Positions 47,050 through 55,876 of a DNA stretch of 64,000 nucleotides are shown one piece after another. Numbering within the stretch: the stretch's first letter is position 1; every line of letters starts with the position of its first letter. The notes under the pieces are model-generated. The model had not been told where the DNA came from, did no database searches, and was given only the letters and a program-made list of their open reading frames with translations. The stretch is from contig JACONH010000002.1 of NCBI GenBank assembly GCA_014323835.1, positions 59,239 to 123,238 of the forward strand, written 5' to 3'. Made by a program: the position numbers and the translations under genes. The DNA comes from Alphaproteobacteria bacterium GM202ARS2 (GTDB taxonomy: Bacteria; Pseudomonadota; Alphaproteobacteria; GM7ARS4).

Positions 47050-47406
47050 ATGGACGATACGTTGCACTCAGCCCCATCGGTGATATTCCATGATAGGGAG
47101 CAGCTATGGGATTTGTGTCATAAGGCATCGCAGGGGGCATCGCAAGGCGAGGCCTTGATGGCTGTCAGTGCCCGTCATTTGCATGGGTCTTTGGGCGTGG
47201 GCTGGTTTTATGGGTTGTCGTCTCGGGTGCGTGAGCATTTTCCCGATGTGCCTTTGTTGCTGGTTCTCGATTGTGACGAGCATGTGGGGCATGCTTTGCG
47301 TGCGTTGCGTCTGGGTCTGGCGGTGCGAGTGCGCATACAGGGCGATACCGCAAGGCTGCGGGCGGTCGCAGATTGTTGGGGCGGCACCCTTATCGAGGAC
47401 AATTAA
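47050..47406 (+). CDS. hypothetical protein (118 aa), translationally coupled to thiE
   Basis: The ATG at 47050 follows AAGGAGAG. Its stop overlaps the thiE start (TAATG). I recognise no family. Confidence 0.4.
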   Translation: MDDTLHSAPSVIFHDREQLWDLCHKASQGASQGEALMAVSARHLHGSLGVGWFYGLSSRVREHFPDVPLLLVLDCDEHVGHALRALRLGLAVRVRIQGDTARLRAVADCWGGTLIEDN

Positions 47407-48077
47407 TGCGTCTGCCCGTAATGCGTCTGTATGTACTGACGCCGCCACAGTGGGACGACTGGCACCACGAACAACTGGCTATGATGTTGCGCGCGGTAAG
47501 GCGCGGCTGTATTGCTTACGTGCAATGGCGACAAAAGGACGCTAGCAACGATACACAAGGACAGGCGCGCCAGCTCAAACGCTTACGGCACCTTTGTGAC
47601 GAGTGGGGTGTGCGTCTCATCATCAATGATAGGCAGGCGGGTGTGGGCGAAGATGGTGTCCATATCGGCAAGGACGATGGTACACCCAGCATGGTGCGTC
47701 GCCGTATGGGTGCGCACGCTCTTCTGGGCGTCAGCTGCTATGGCTCGTTACGACAGGGGCTTGTGACTCAACGAAGTGGCGCCGATTATGTCGCTTTTGG
47801 CTGCCTGTTTCCAACCACAAGCAAAACTCGAGTCATGCCCGCGCGTCTGCGCCTTTTGCACCAGTGGCAACGAATTGGACGTATCCCTGTCGTTGCTATC
47901 GGTGGCATCGGCTTGCAACACCTAAGGATCCTACGCCGTTGCGGTGCCGACTATGTCGCGATGCTGTCGGCAATCTGGCACCATCCACGAGGGTGCGTCT
48001 ACGCGGTGCAGCAGTTTCAACGTATGATGCCGATGAGGACACAACCCCGCTACAAACTTACGGGACGTGCTGGATAG
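47406..48077 (+). CDS. thiE: thiamine-phosphate synthase
   Basis: It has LYVLT, VQWRQKD, LIINDR and VAIGGI motifs of the ThiE TIM barrel. Confidence 0.85.
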   Translation: MRLPVMRLYVLTPPQWDDWHHEQLAMMLRAVRRGCIAYVQWRQKDASNDTQGQARQLKRLRHLCDEWGVRLIINDRQAGVGEDGVHIGKDDGTPSMVRRRMGAHALLGVSCYGSLRQGLVTQRSGADYVAFGCLFPTTSKTRVMPARLRLLHQWQRIGRIPVVAIGGIGLQHLRILRRCGADYVAMLSAIWHHPRGCVYAVQQFQRMMPMRTQPRYKLTGRAG

Positions 48078-49047
48078 TCGGCGCACCGCTTGCCAGCATA
48101 ACCAGACGGTCGAGACCAAGAGCCATACCATAACAAGACGGCAAAGGGTGCTTTTGGAGCATTGCCAAAAAAGCCTCATTCGGTTGGGCATGATTGTCGA
48201 TGAAGGCTTGACGATTGGCATCAACGTCTTGGCATTCGAGGTAGCCGTTGGCAATTTCGACACCGCAGACAAAAAGTTCCATACGCTGACAAAAACGAGA
48301 GTCATCGCTACTGGGCTGTGCCATGAACGACAAAGGACGAGGATAATCGGTCACAAAAAGAGGAGTCTTACGCCCTAGCTCGCCATCGATATGAGCGACA
48401 AACAATCGGTCAAAGACATCCGTCCACGAGTCACCATCGCTACAGTGCACCCCTATCATGCGGGCTTGTTCTTTAATGGCGGATGTATCGCCATAAGGTG
48501 CTTGCTTGTGCAGACAGGATGCGAGGTCGATACCGCAATAGTCACGAAAAATATCCTGCATGCTTCTTTTTTTGTAGGGCTTGGCGGCACACACCGCTTC
48601 CTTGTGAGAAAAGCACGTGCGTTGGGCTTCAGCGAGGGCAAGAAGCAAAATCTGTTGGCAGTCGTCCATCATCGCTTGGGACGTGCCGTCTATGCGATAC
48701 CACTCGAGCATCATGAATTCGGATTTATGCAAGGGTGAATTGTCGCGGTTACGATAGACTCGGGCGATTTGGTAGCAGGAGCGTCCTTCTTGTGCGAGAT
48801 ATGTTTTCATGGCTATCTCGGGCGATGCGTGGAGATAGCGTGGCTGTTTGTGTCCTTCGTGACTTTCATAGTGTGTCATAAAGGGATGAATATGGTATTC
48901 GTAGGGTGGATGTTGTTGTAGATGCGGAGTCGTGATATGGACAAGCCCCTGTTCTTGCATGTAAGCATGGATTTTCAGGATAATATGCAGCTGCAGCTGG
49001 TGCAGAGCCGCATCGATGGTAGGGGGCTGTGGTGGGCGCGCATTCAT
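48058..49047 (-). CDS. epmA: EF-P lysine aminoacylase (class II LysRS paralog, EpmA/GenX/PoxA)
   Basis: It has a class II aaRS core without an anticodon-binding domain (LHASPEIAMK, FMMLEWY, LANGYLE, GMALGLDRLVML). Confidence 0.85.
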   Translation of the reverse strand: MNARPPQPPTIDAALHQLQLHIILKIHAYMQEQGLVHITTPHLQQHPPYEYHIHPFMTHYESHEGHKQPRYLHASPEIAMKTYLAQEGRSCYQIARVYRNRDNSPLHKSEFMMLEWYRIDGTSQAMMDDCQQILLLALAEAQRTCFSHKEAVCAAKPYKKRSMQDIFRDYCGIDLASCLHKQAPYGDTSAIKEQARMIGVHCSDGDSWTDVFDRLFVAHIDGELGRKTPLFVTDYPRPLSFMAQPSSDDSRFCQRMELFVCGVEIANGYLECQDVDANRQAFIDNHAQPNEAFLAMLQKHPLPSCYGMALGLDRLVMLASGAPTIQHVP

Positions 49048-49066
49048 GGCAAGAAGGATAGAGCCG

Positions 49067-50146
49067 ATGAGTAATGAAAGGCAAGAGCAAGCGTTAATCG
49101 GGTTAGATGGGTTGGTGGCGGAAGGCGTGCTGGCTAAGGAGCAAGCCCCTTCTTTGCGTGCTATCGAAGCGCGCTATGCGGTGCGGATGCCACGGGGAAT
49201 CGCTCAACGAATCAAGCAAGGCGGGGCCATCGGGGCTATGCTCGCCAAACAATACGTGCCGTCTTTAGCTGAGGGGTATCAGGACAAAGACGAAGAAGAT
49301 GACCCAACCTACGATGAAGCCTATAGCCCGGTCAAGGGAGTCGTCCATCGCTACCCGGACAGGGTGCTTCTTAAGCCCCTTGCGGTGTGCCCGGTGTATT
49401 GTCGCTTTTGTTTCAGACGAGCACGCATTGGTCCCAAAGAACCGATGCTGAGCCCGGATGACCTGCAACAGGCTTATGCCTATATACGTAGCCACAAAGA
49501 GATTTTCGACGTTATTCTTACTGGCGGTGACCCGCTGATGTTGGGCTTGCGTAGGCTGGAGGAGATTATAACGTCTCTGTCGTCCATAGAGCATATCGGT
49601 GTCATTCGAGTGCATAGCCGCGTGTTGATGGCAGAGCCAGCACGGATGACCGATGGTATGATGGCGGTTTTTTCTGCTTGTGCTAAGCCGCTCTATCTGG
49701 TGGTGCATTGCAATCATCCTGCGGAAGTGACGCAAGAGGTGCGCGTGGCTTGTCAGCGCGTGAGACGCACGGGTGTTATTGTGCTGGGTCAGAGTGTTCT
49801 TTTGAAGGGGATTAACGATGACCCGACGACTCTGGTTCAGCTCTGGCGCGGGATGGTGGCTGCGGGAATCAAGCCCTATGCTTTGCATCACTTAGATCGA
49901 GCACCAGGGACAGCACACTTTCGTGTTGGATTGAAAAGAGGCTTAGCCCTTGTGGAGCAAGCTCGGGCTGGATTATCGGGGTTGTGTGTGCCACCCTTTA
50001 TGGTGGAAATACCCCGCGGCGGCGGTAAAGTGGCTCTACAGGTCAGTAACTATCGACAGGATAAAGATGCGTGGTGGCTCCAAGACGCACAAGGAGACTG
50101 GCATGCTTACGTGGACTCATGCGGGGACTCATGTGGGGAGTCATAA
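49067..50146 (+). CDS. epmB: lysine 2,3-aminomutase-like radical SAM enzyme (EpmB/KamA family)
   Basis: It has the CPVYCRFCFRR radical-SAM cluster motif and lies divergent from epmA. The start is ambiguous: ATG at 49046 or 49067, with the track start at 49016. Confidence 0.85.
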   Translation: MSNERQEQALIGLDGLVAEGVLAKEQAPSLRAIEARYAVRMPRGIAQRIKQGGAIGAMLAKQYVPSLAEGYQDKDEEDDPTYDEAYSPVKGVVHRYPDRVLLKPLAVCPVYCRFCFRRARIGPKEPMLSPDDLQQAYAYIRSHKEIFDVILTGGDPLMLGLRRLEEIITSLSSIEHIGVIRVHSRVLMAEPARMTDGMMAVFSACAKPLYLVVHCNHPAEVTQEVRVACQRVRRTGVIVLGQSVLLKGINDDPTTLVQLWRGMVAAGIKPYALHHLDRAPGTAHFRVGLKRGLALVEQARAGLSGLCVPPFMVEIPRGGGKVALQVSNYRQDKDAWWLQDAQGDWHAYVDSCGDSCGES

Positions 50147-50155
50147 GACGTCTTG

Positions 50156-50812
50156 TTAGGGGGAGGGGAGTGTGTCGAGCTGGTGTTGCACGGCTTCGAG
50201 AATTGTCGGGTTGTTGGGGTTGCTTTGGGCGAGTTGCTGTAGGAGGGTGCGTGCCTTGGTGTTGTTGCCTTGGGCTTGGTGGTGCAGGGCGAGGAACCAT
50301 AGGGCTTGTGGATGGTGCGGATCTACACGCAACAGGCGTTGCCATAGGGGAACGGCATCTTGAGCGTGTTGGCTTTGGATGAGTTGGGCGGTATCGCTGA
50401 GCAGTTCGATAGAGTTGGGAAAATGCTCGAGGGCATCTTGCAAGGTTTTTTCGGCGCGCATGACTTCGTCTACCATCAGCCACGCCCTTGCGAGCATCTG
50501 CCAAGCGAGGGGCTCTTGCGGTGTGGTGCGCACTTTTTCTTCGGCACGAATGATAATCGCCCGCACCTGTTCGTCTGATAGAGAGGGCATATCAGCAGGT
50601 GGCGCAAACAAGGCGGTGCGCTCGTGGTGCGGGTAGGCGGGCAGATGGGGTGTGCCTAACAAGAGATACAAGACAACCGAGAGGCTCAGTGCACCCAGAC
50701 CGAGACTCCGCAAGGCAGGCTGAGGGGGCAGCTTCGCCTCATAGACGTAGAGGTAGATTGCCAGAATCAGACTGGCACAAGCAAAAAGCAAAGGTAAATA
50801 GGGTGCCGTCAT
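50156..50812 (-). CDS. ccmI: cytochrome c-type biogenesis protein CcmI/CycH (TM anchor plus TPR)
   Basis: The start ATG at 50812 overlaps the ccmH stop (ATGA). It has two N-terminal TM helices and TPR-like repeats. Its position after ccmH supports the call. Confidence 0.75.
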   Translation of the reverse strand: MTAPYLPLLFACASLILAIYLYVYEAKLPPQPALRSLGLGALSLSVVLYLLLGTPHLPAYPHHERTALFAPPADMPSLSDEQVRAIIIRAEEKVRTTPQEPLAWQMLARAWLMVDEVMRAEKTLQDALEHFPNSIELLSDTAQLIQSQHAQDAVPLWQRLLRVDPHHPQALWFLALHHQAQGNNTKARTLLQQLAQSNPNNPTILEAVQHQLDTLPSP

Positions 50813-51189
50813 CGTTGTTTCCAAAAGAAGCGGGCGATGATGAACGAGCCCACCGCGAACACGAGCATCGGCACAAGCCATAGGGCATACGTAGACGGTT
50901 GCCAGGGTGGGGTAAACACGACAAAGTCGCCATAACGGGCGCGTAGCCAAAGCAGAATGTCGTCGTCGCTGTCGCCTTGCTGGATTTTTTGGCGCACGAG
51001 CAGGCGTAAGTCTCGGGCAAGGGGGGCTTGCGATTCATCGATGCTTTCATTTTGACAGACAAGGCAACGAATGTTACGGCTTAAGCTGCGGGCACGTTCT
51101 TCTAAAACGGGGTCAGCGAGACTCTCGCCCGGTTCTAACGCGACAAGCGGGGCGGGCACAAGTAAGGCTATGATGAAAAGGAAAGGCAT
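50809..51189 (-). CDS. ccmH: cytochrome c-type biogenesis protein CcmH/CycL
   Basis: It has the RCLVCQNESI (LRCxxC) motif, a signal peptide and a C-terminal TM segment. Confidence 0.9.
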   Translation of the reverse strand: MPFLFIIALLVPAPLVALEPGESLADPVLEERARSLSRNIRCLVCQNESIDESQAPLARDLRLLVRQKIQQGDSDDDILLWLRARYGDFVVFTPPWQPSTYALWLVPMLVFAVGSFIIARFFWKQR

Positions 51190-51197
51190 GAGGGGGG

Positions 51198-51746
51198 TTA
51201 GGGTTTTTCGGCAAGGAGACCCTCAAGAAGAGGCACGAGTGATTCGGTTAACGTAACAGGGTCTATAGGGGCACGCAAGTGGTAGCGTATGCGTCCTTGT
51301 GTATCGATGAGAAAGGTTTCAGGGACGCCGCTGACACCCCATTGTAGGGCATTTCTGCCGACAGGATCGAGAGCAACAAACGTATACGGATTCGAGTGCG
51401 TATCGAGCCAACGCTGTGCGTCTTGCGGCGAATCCTTATAGGCGATACCCACGCGCAGAACCTGTGGGTAATGCTCGGCAAGGGCGGTGATATGCGGATG
51501 TTCAGCAACACAGGGCAGACACCAGGAAGCAAAGAAATTGACGACAGAGACACGTCCGTGCAGAACCTCAGGACTCAAGGTTTCAGGTTTATCGAGACGC
51601 ACGAGGTACCACTTGGGTGCGGGGGCATGGGTTGTTGCCATCGGTGACGGCACAGTGGGCTCGTCCGTGAACGCATAGGCAAAAACAAGGGCAAGAAAAA
51701 GAATGCCGTAAACAGGAAGAAGACGATAAAAAAGGGGTGGGGGCAT
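51198..51746 (-). CDS. ccmG: thiol:disulfide oxidoreductase CcmG/DsbE
   Basis: It has a thioredoxin fold with WCLPC and the GVSGVPETFLID motif. Confidence 0.9.
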   Translation of the reverse strand: MPPPLFYRLLPVYGILFLALVFAYAFTDEPTVPSPMATTHAPAPKWYLVRLDKPETLSPEVLHGRVSVVNFFASWCLPCVAEHPHITALAEHYPQVLRVGIAYKDSPQDAQRWLDTHSNPYTFVALDPVGRNALQWGVSGVPETFLIDTQGRIRYHLRAPIDPVTLTESLVPLLEGLLAEKP

Positions 51747-51753
51747 GATAACG

Positions 51754-53730
51754 TCAGACGATACGACTTTGGCGAGACGGGCGGCGTTTGATTATAAGAA
51801 TGAGGGCTGCAAAGACCATGAGCGCGCCGCTGAACCAAATCCAGATAACAAAAGGTTTGAACCATAGGCGAGTCGTCCAGACGTCATTTTGTGCAAGAGA
51901 AGATGATGATAAAGATGGGAGGGGCTCAGTCTCCTGAAGGGGCGTGTCGAAGGCGACATAGACGTCACCTCGTAGGGTCGAGTGAATGGCGGCTTCTGTT
52001 GTTGTTGTCTGTGAGGCGGGATAAAAGCGTTTTTCTGGAAAGAGCGTAAAGGCGTAGGCACCTTCTTGGGTGGTAAAGCGGAGCTGGGCGGTTTGACTGA
52101 TATAGTTTTGTTGGGTTGTTTCTCGCACATCGATGAGGGTCGCCTGCCACTCGCGTAAGGGGACACTTTCGCCTAGTCGTTGGAATTGGATTTTTTCTTC
52201 TTGTCCGAGGGAAGCACTGATAGCGGCGATGAGCATCATGGCAAACGCGCTGTGGGCGAGAGACATCGCGTGCTGCGATGCCGACAAGGTTGTTCGTTGT
52301 GCCAATAATGTGACGTAATCCACAAGGGTTATGAGGAGCAACGTTGCTGCTAGAGCAAGAACGACAACAGCCAGCGACAACGTATAGCCGTGCCACCATG
52401 CCATGCCGGCGAGGGCAAGAACAAGCACGACAAGGTTTTTTGTTAGGGCGGGAAGAAGGGTATGCCAATCGGTTTTCTGCCAACGTAACAGAGGCACGAC
52501 TGTCATCGCAATTAACATGGGTAGGACAATGATACCACCAATATGGTTAAAGAAGGGAGGCCCCACTGAGATGGTTTGGGCGTGTAGGGCTTCGATAATC
52601 AGCGGATAGATTGTGCCGAGAAAAATGCAGGTTGCGAGAGTCGTTGTCAGAAGGTTGTTGACCATGATGGCGGACTCTCGTGATAGAGGGTGGAAGGGTT
52701 GTGCGGGCGGGGCTTGTAGGAGACGCAGGGCAAACAGCATAAAGGCAGCGAGGCTATAGGTGGCAATAAGAGCCAGAATGAATAAGCCTCGGTGGGGGTC
52801 GCTGGCAAAGCTGTGGACAGAAATGAGCACCCCTGAGCGCACGAGGAATGTGCCGACCATAGAAAAGCAGAAGCAACTGAGGGCAAGAAAAAGTGTCCAA
52901 TAGGGGAAGGTGCTTTTTTTTTCGAAAACGGAAAGGGTATGGAGGAATGCCGTTGCGGTAATCCAAGGGATGAGGGAGGCATTTTCTACGGGATCCCAGA
53001 ACCAGAATCCGCCCCAGCCGAGTTCGTAATACGCCCAGGCACTGCCGAGTGTGATACCGGCGCTGAGGGCACCCCAGGACACGTAGGTTGCGGGTTTTGC
53101 CAGCTGAGCCCATTTTTTGTCGAGGGTGCCATACCATAGAGCGGCGACCGCATAGGAGAAAATAGCCGAAAAGCCGACATAACCCACATATAACAGCGGT
53201 GGGTGGGCGGCCAGAGCAATATCTTGCAACAACGGGTTGAGCTCGCTACCTTCTATGGGCACAGGGAAAAGACGACTAAAGGGATTGGACGTTAAAAGAA
53301 CGAACAGAATAAACCCGCACGTGATAGAGGCTTGTGTGACGGCTGCTCGATTGATAAGCGGTGAAAACGTTTCGTCGCTTCTTTTGTGGCGACAGATAAA
53401 AAGGTTAAACAGGCTGAGCATGAGGACCCATAACAGCATTGAGCCTTCGTGATTACCCCACACAGCGGTGAGTTTATAGAGCAAAGGTAAAGTGCTGTGT
53501 CCATGCCCGGCAACGAGGCGTATGGAAAAGTCAGCCTGCCAGAACCCATACATGACAGAAATGAACGATAGCCCCACTGCTAGAGCGGTCACATCGGCAA
53601 CCTTGCTTAAAACAGACGTGGTGGCAGGGCTAGCGAGAGCGTCTTTTCCCGCTAGGAAGGGGTAGACGACTTGCATCAGGCTACTCCCCAAAGCAACAAT
53701 AAAAGCAAAGTGTCCCAGCTCAATTATCAT
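51754..53730 (-). CDS. ccmF: cytochrome c heme lyase subunit CcmF
   Basis: It has the MIIELGHFAF N-terminus and the WGGFWFWDPVEN tryptophan-rich (WWD) motif. The start is at the ATG at 53730; the track ORF extends to 53865. Confidence 0.95.
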   Translation of the reverse strand: MIIELGHFAFIVALGSSLMQVVYPFLAGKDALASPATTSVLSKVADVTALAVGLSFISVMYGFWQADFSIRLVAGHGHSTLPLLYKLTAVWGNHEGSMLLWVLMLSLFNLFICRHKRSDETFSPLINRAAVTQASITCGFILFVLLTSNPFSRLFPVPIEGSELNPLLQDIALAAHPPLLYVGYVGFSAIFSYAVAALWYGTLDKKWAQLAKPATYVSWGALSAGITLGSAWAYYELGWGGFWFWDPVENASLIPWITATAFLHTLSVFEKKSTFPYWTLFLALSCFCFSMVGTFLVRSGVLISVHSFASDPHRGLFILALIATYSLAAFMLFALRLLQAPPAQPFHPLSRESAIMVNNLLTTTLATCIFLGTIYPLIIEALHAQTISVGPPFFNHIGGIIVLPMLIAMTVVPLLRWQKTDWHTLLPALTKNLVVLVLALAGMAWWHGYTLSLAVVVLALAATLLLITLVDYVTLLAQRTTLSASQHAMSLAHSAFAMMLIAAISASLGQEEKIQFQRLGESVPLREWQATLIDVRETTQQNYISQTAQLRFTTQEGAYAFTLFPEKRFYPASQTTTTEAAIHSTLRGDVYVAFDTPLQETEPLPSLSSSSLAQNDVWTTRLWFKPFVIWIWFSGALMVFAALILIIKRRPSRQSRIV

Positions 53731-54169
53731 AAGGGGTATCGGTGGGGGTATCGTGCTGAGCTTGCAAGGACTTGGCGACGTAGGGGGGCATGTAGGTCTC
53801 GTCATGTTTTGCGAGGATGAGACTCGCTTGAAAGGTGCCGTCGGTGCGGAAGCGTCCTTCGGCAACGACGCCTCTGCCTTCTTGAAAGAGAGCGGGAGGA
53901 ATACCCCGAAAGACGACAGGCAGGCGTGTCTTCAGATCGGTGATATAAAACGCAAGAGCCTCAGAGTCGTGGTGCTGGGTCAATGAGCCTTCTTCCACCA
54001 GCCCCCCTAAGCGCAGGGTGCGGGCAGGTAGCTGGTGCGGGTCAATGTCGGAGGGAACGTAATAGTAGACCAGCTGGTCGCCAAGAATATAAAGAGCAAG
54101 GGCAACTGCGCTACTCGCGGCGGCGAGAGCACTCAATAAAAGTGTTAGGCGAAAGGTTTTAACTTTCAT
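53720..54169 (-). CDS. ccmE: heme chaperone CcmE
   Basis: It has an N-terminal anchor, LRLGGLV and the AKHDETYMP heme-binding His motif. Confidence 0.92.
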   Translation of the reverse strand: MKVKTFRLTLLLSALAAASSAVALALYILGDQLVYYYVPSDIDPHQLPARTLRLGGLVEEGSLTQHHDSEALAFYITDLKTRLPVVFRGIPPALFQEGRGVVAEGRFRTDGTFQASLILAKHDETYMPPYVAKSLQAQHDTPTDTPYDN

Positions 54170-54321
54170 TGGTCCCGCGCCATGCGGCGGCGGAGCTTAG
54201 TGAGCTGGCGTTGGGTATGAATGAACAGGACAGACAAAATGATGAACGCACTCAGCCAAGACGGCACAATAAAGATGCCGTAGCCGTCCATATTCAGACA
54301 ATTAACGAAGTTGGTCCACAT
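54166..54321 (-). CDS. ccmD: heme exporter protein CcmD (51 aa; not in the ORF track)
   Basis: My reverse-strand translation is MWTNFVNCLNMDGYGIFIVPSWLSAFIILSVLFIHTQRQLTKLRRRMARDQ. It has a single TM segment plus a basic tail between ccmC and ccmE. The stop overlaps the ccmE start (ATGA). Confidence 0.7.
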   Translation of the reverse strand: MWTNFVNCLNMDGYGIFIVPSWLSAFIILSVLFIHTQRQLTKLRRRMARDQ

Positions 54322-54339
54322 GGTCTTGTCGCGAAGCCT

Positions 54340-55122
54340 TCAGGAGCGGTTACGGGTTTTTTGGTATAAGAGGCTTTGCCATTTTTGTTGGAGAATAGCA
54401 AGCTTCATGCGGGCGGTAATGACGATGGTCGCGTAGGAAAAAAGAGCCACCGTCATTAAGCCTAAGGGAATAAGCATGCTGATATCGATGTGGCTGCTTG
54501 GGTTAATGAACGAGATACTTTCGGGCTGATGGAGGGTATGCCACCACTCTACCGACCATTTGATAATGGGCAGGTTGAGTGCGCCGACAATGGCGAGGAT
54601 ACTTGCTGCTTGTTGTCCTCGTTCTTGTTGCTTGAAGGCTTGCGTCATGGCACTGTGGGCGAGATAAAAGAAGAAGAGCACCAGCATCGACGTCAGACGT
54701 GCATCCCATACCCAGTATGTGCCCCACGTAGGTTTGCCCCACAGACTGCCACTAATCAGGGCAATAGCCGTAAAGCACGCACCCACAGGGGATGCGGCAG
54801 TCGCAAAGTGACCCGCCATGGGTAACTTCAACGTCAACGTAATACCGCTAGCAACGGCTATCGCCCCATAAAGAGCAAGAGCCAACCACGCTGAGGGTAC
54901 GTGAATATACATGATACGCACAGTTTCGCCTTGCAAGTAGTCGGGCGGCGATAAAAAAAACGCATAGGCTAACCCCGTCGGCAGGGTTACCAGCAAAAGA
55001 ACAAGAGCAATGGGTGTGACTCGTCCGCTGACAGCGCGGAAGTACGTTGGCGTAAACCAGTGCCATAAGCTTGCTGCGGGGCTTGCGGTTTTTTTACGGG
55101 CAGGTGTGTGCGGCATCGTCAT
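54340..55122 (-). CDS. ccmC: heme exporter protein CcmC
   Basis: It has the WGTYWVWDARLTS tryptophan-rich motif and is a polytopic membrane protein. Confidence 0.92.
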   Translation of the reverse strand: MTMPHTPARKKTASPAASLWHWFTPTYFRAVSGRVTPIALVLLLVTLPTGLAYAFFLSPPDYLQGETVRIMYIHVPSAWLALALYGAIAVASGITLTLKLPMAGHFATAASPVGACFTAIALISGSLWGKPTWGTYWVWDARLTSMLVLFFFYLAHSAMTQAFKQQERGQQAASILAIVGALNLPIIKWSVEWWHTLHQPESISFINPSSHIDISMLIPLGLMTVALFSYATIVITARMKLAILQQKWQSLLYQKTRNRS

Positions 55123-55176
55123 AAACGTAGTCTAAGGTTTTTGTTTGGGTATGTCCACTTCTGGCACTTCTCGATG

Positions 55177-55872
55177 TTACTGATGCGAAATGGCGTTACG
55201 CAGAGCAAGGGTACTCGCCCACAACATGGGTATCAACGTCGCCAGCAAGAGCAGAGACAGAAGAATCAGGGCTGTTGTTGTCTCTGTATCTATGCTTGTG
55301 TTGAGGTCTGTTGGCGTATGGGTGCGTAGGGAAGCAGCGCCAAAAATCAACGTTGGCAACGATAGAGGCATGCTCATAAGATAAATCAAGCCTTTGCCAC
55401 CACGACTGCCAAGAGTCAGACAGCGGGTCAATAAACTTATCAGGGTCAGCAATAAGCTGCCGACAAGTATCGTGAGCATATTGTTTAGGATAGCATCCAT
55501 GGGCCATTGATAGACGAGCATACCGCTTGCGAGAGCAGCAAAAATCATGGGCAGACTTGCGGTGAGCCAAGCGACGGCGTATTTTGCTGTTGCGATGACT
55601 TCGAGGGGGGCTCGGGTCAGCGACCACAGGGCAAGAGAGCCGTCTTGGTAATCATCATGGAGCAATCGTTCTAGGGGGAGTTGGGCAGCCAAAAACAAGC
55701 CTATCCAGATGATAGCGGGGCTGATAGCGGCGAGGTCGAGGCTGGCGGGGTCTATGGCTAGGGGAAAAAACACCACCACCATGATAAAGAAGGACAGCGT
55801 GCTACTGAGTTGTCCGTTGCGGAGGACAACAGCCATATCGCGTCGAATCAGAGCCAAAAAAACGCACAACAT
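55177..55872 (-). CDS. ccmB: heme exporter permease CcmB
   Basis: Polytopic, with CcmB-like sequence (FPLAIDP..., GSL..L). It lies between ccmA and ccmC. Confidence 0.88.
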   Translation of the reverse strand: MLCVFLALIRRDMAVVLRNGQLSSTLSFFIMVVVFFPLAIDPASLDLAAISPAIIWIGLFLAAQLPLERLLHDDYQDGSLALWSLTRAPLEVIATAKYAVAWLTASLPMIFAALASGMLVYQWPMDAILNNMLTILVGSLLLTLISLLTRCLTLGSRGGKGLIYLMSMPLSLPTLIFGAASLRTHTPTDLNTSIDTETTTALILLSLLLLATLIPMLWASTLALRNAISHQ

Positions 55873-55876
55873 CGTT

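Noticed and set aside
47040-47410. I looked for a TPP riboswitch in front of thiE.
   Set aside because: thiE starts by overlapping the stop of the upstream ORF (TAATG), so there is no leader. No CTGAGA/ACCTGA THI-box core was seen upstream of 47050 either.
54169-54369. The track lists a 66-aa plus-strand ORF between ccmE and ccmC.
   Set aside because: The minus strand here encodes a 51-aa CcmD-like protein (TM plus basic tail) that fits the operon order and overlaps the ccmE start.
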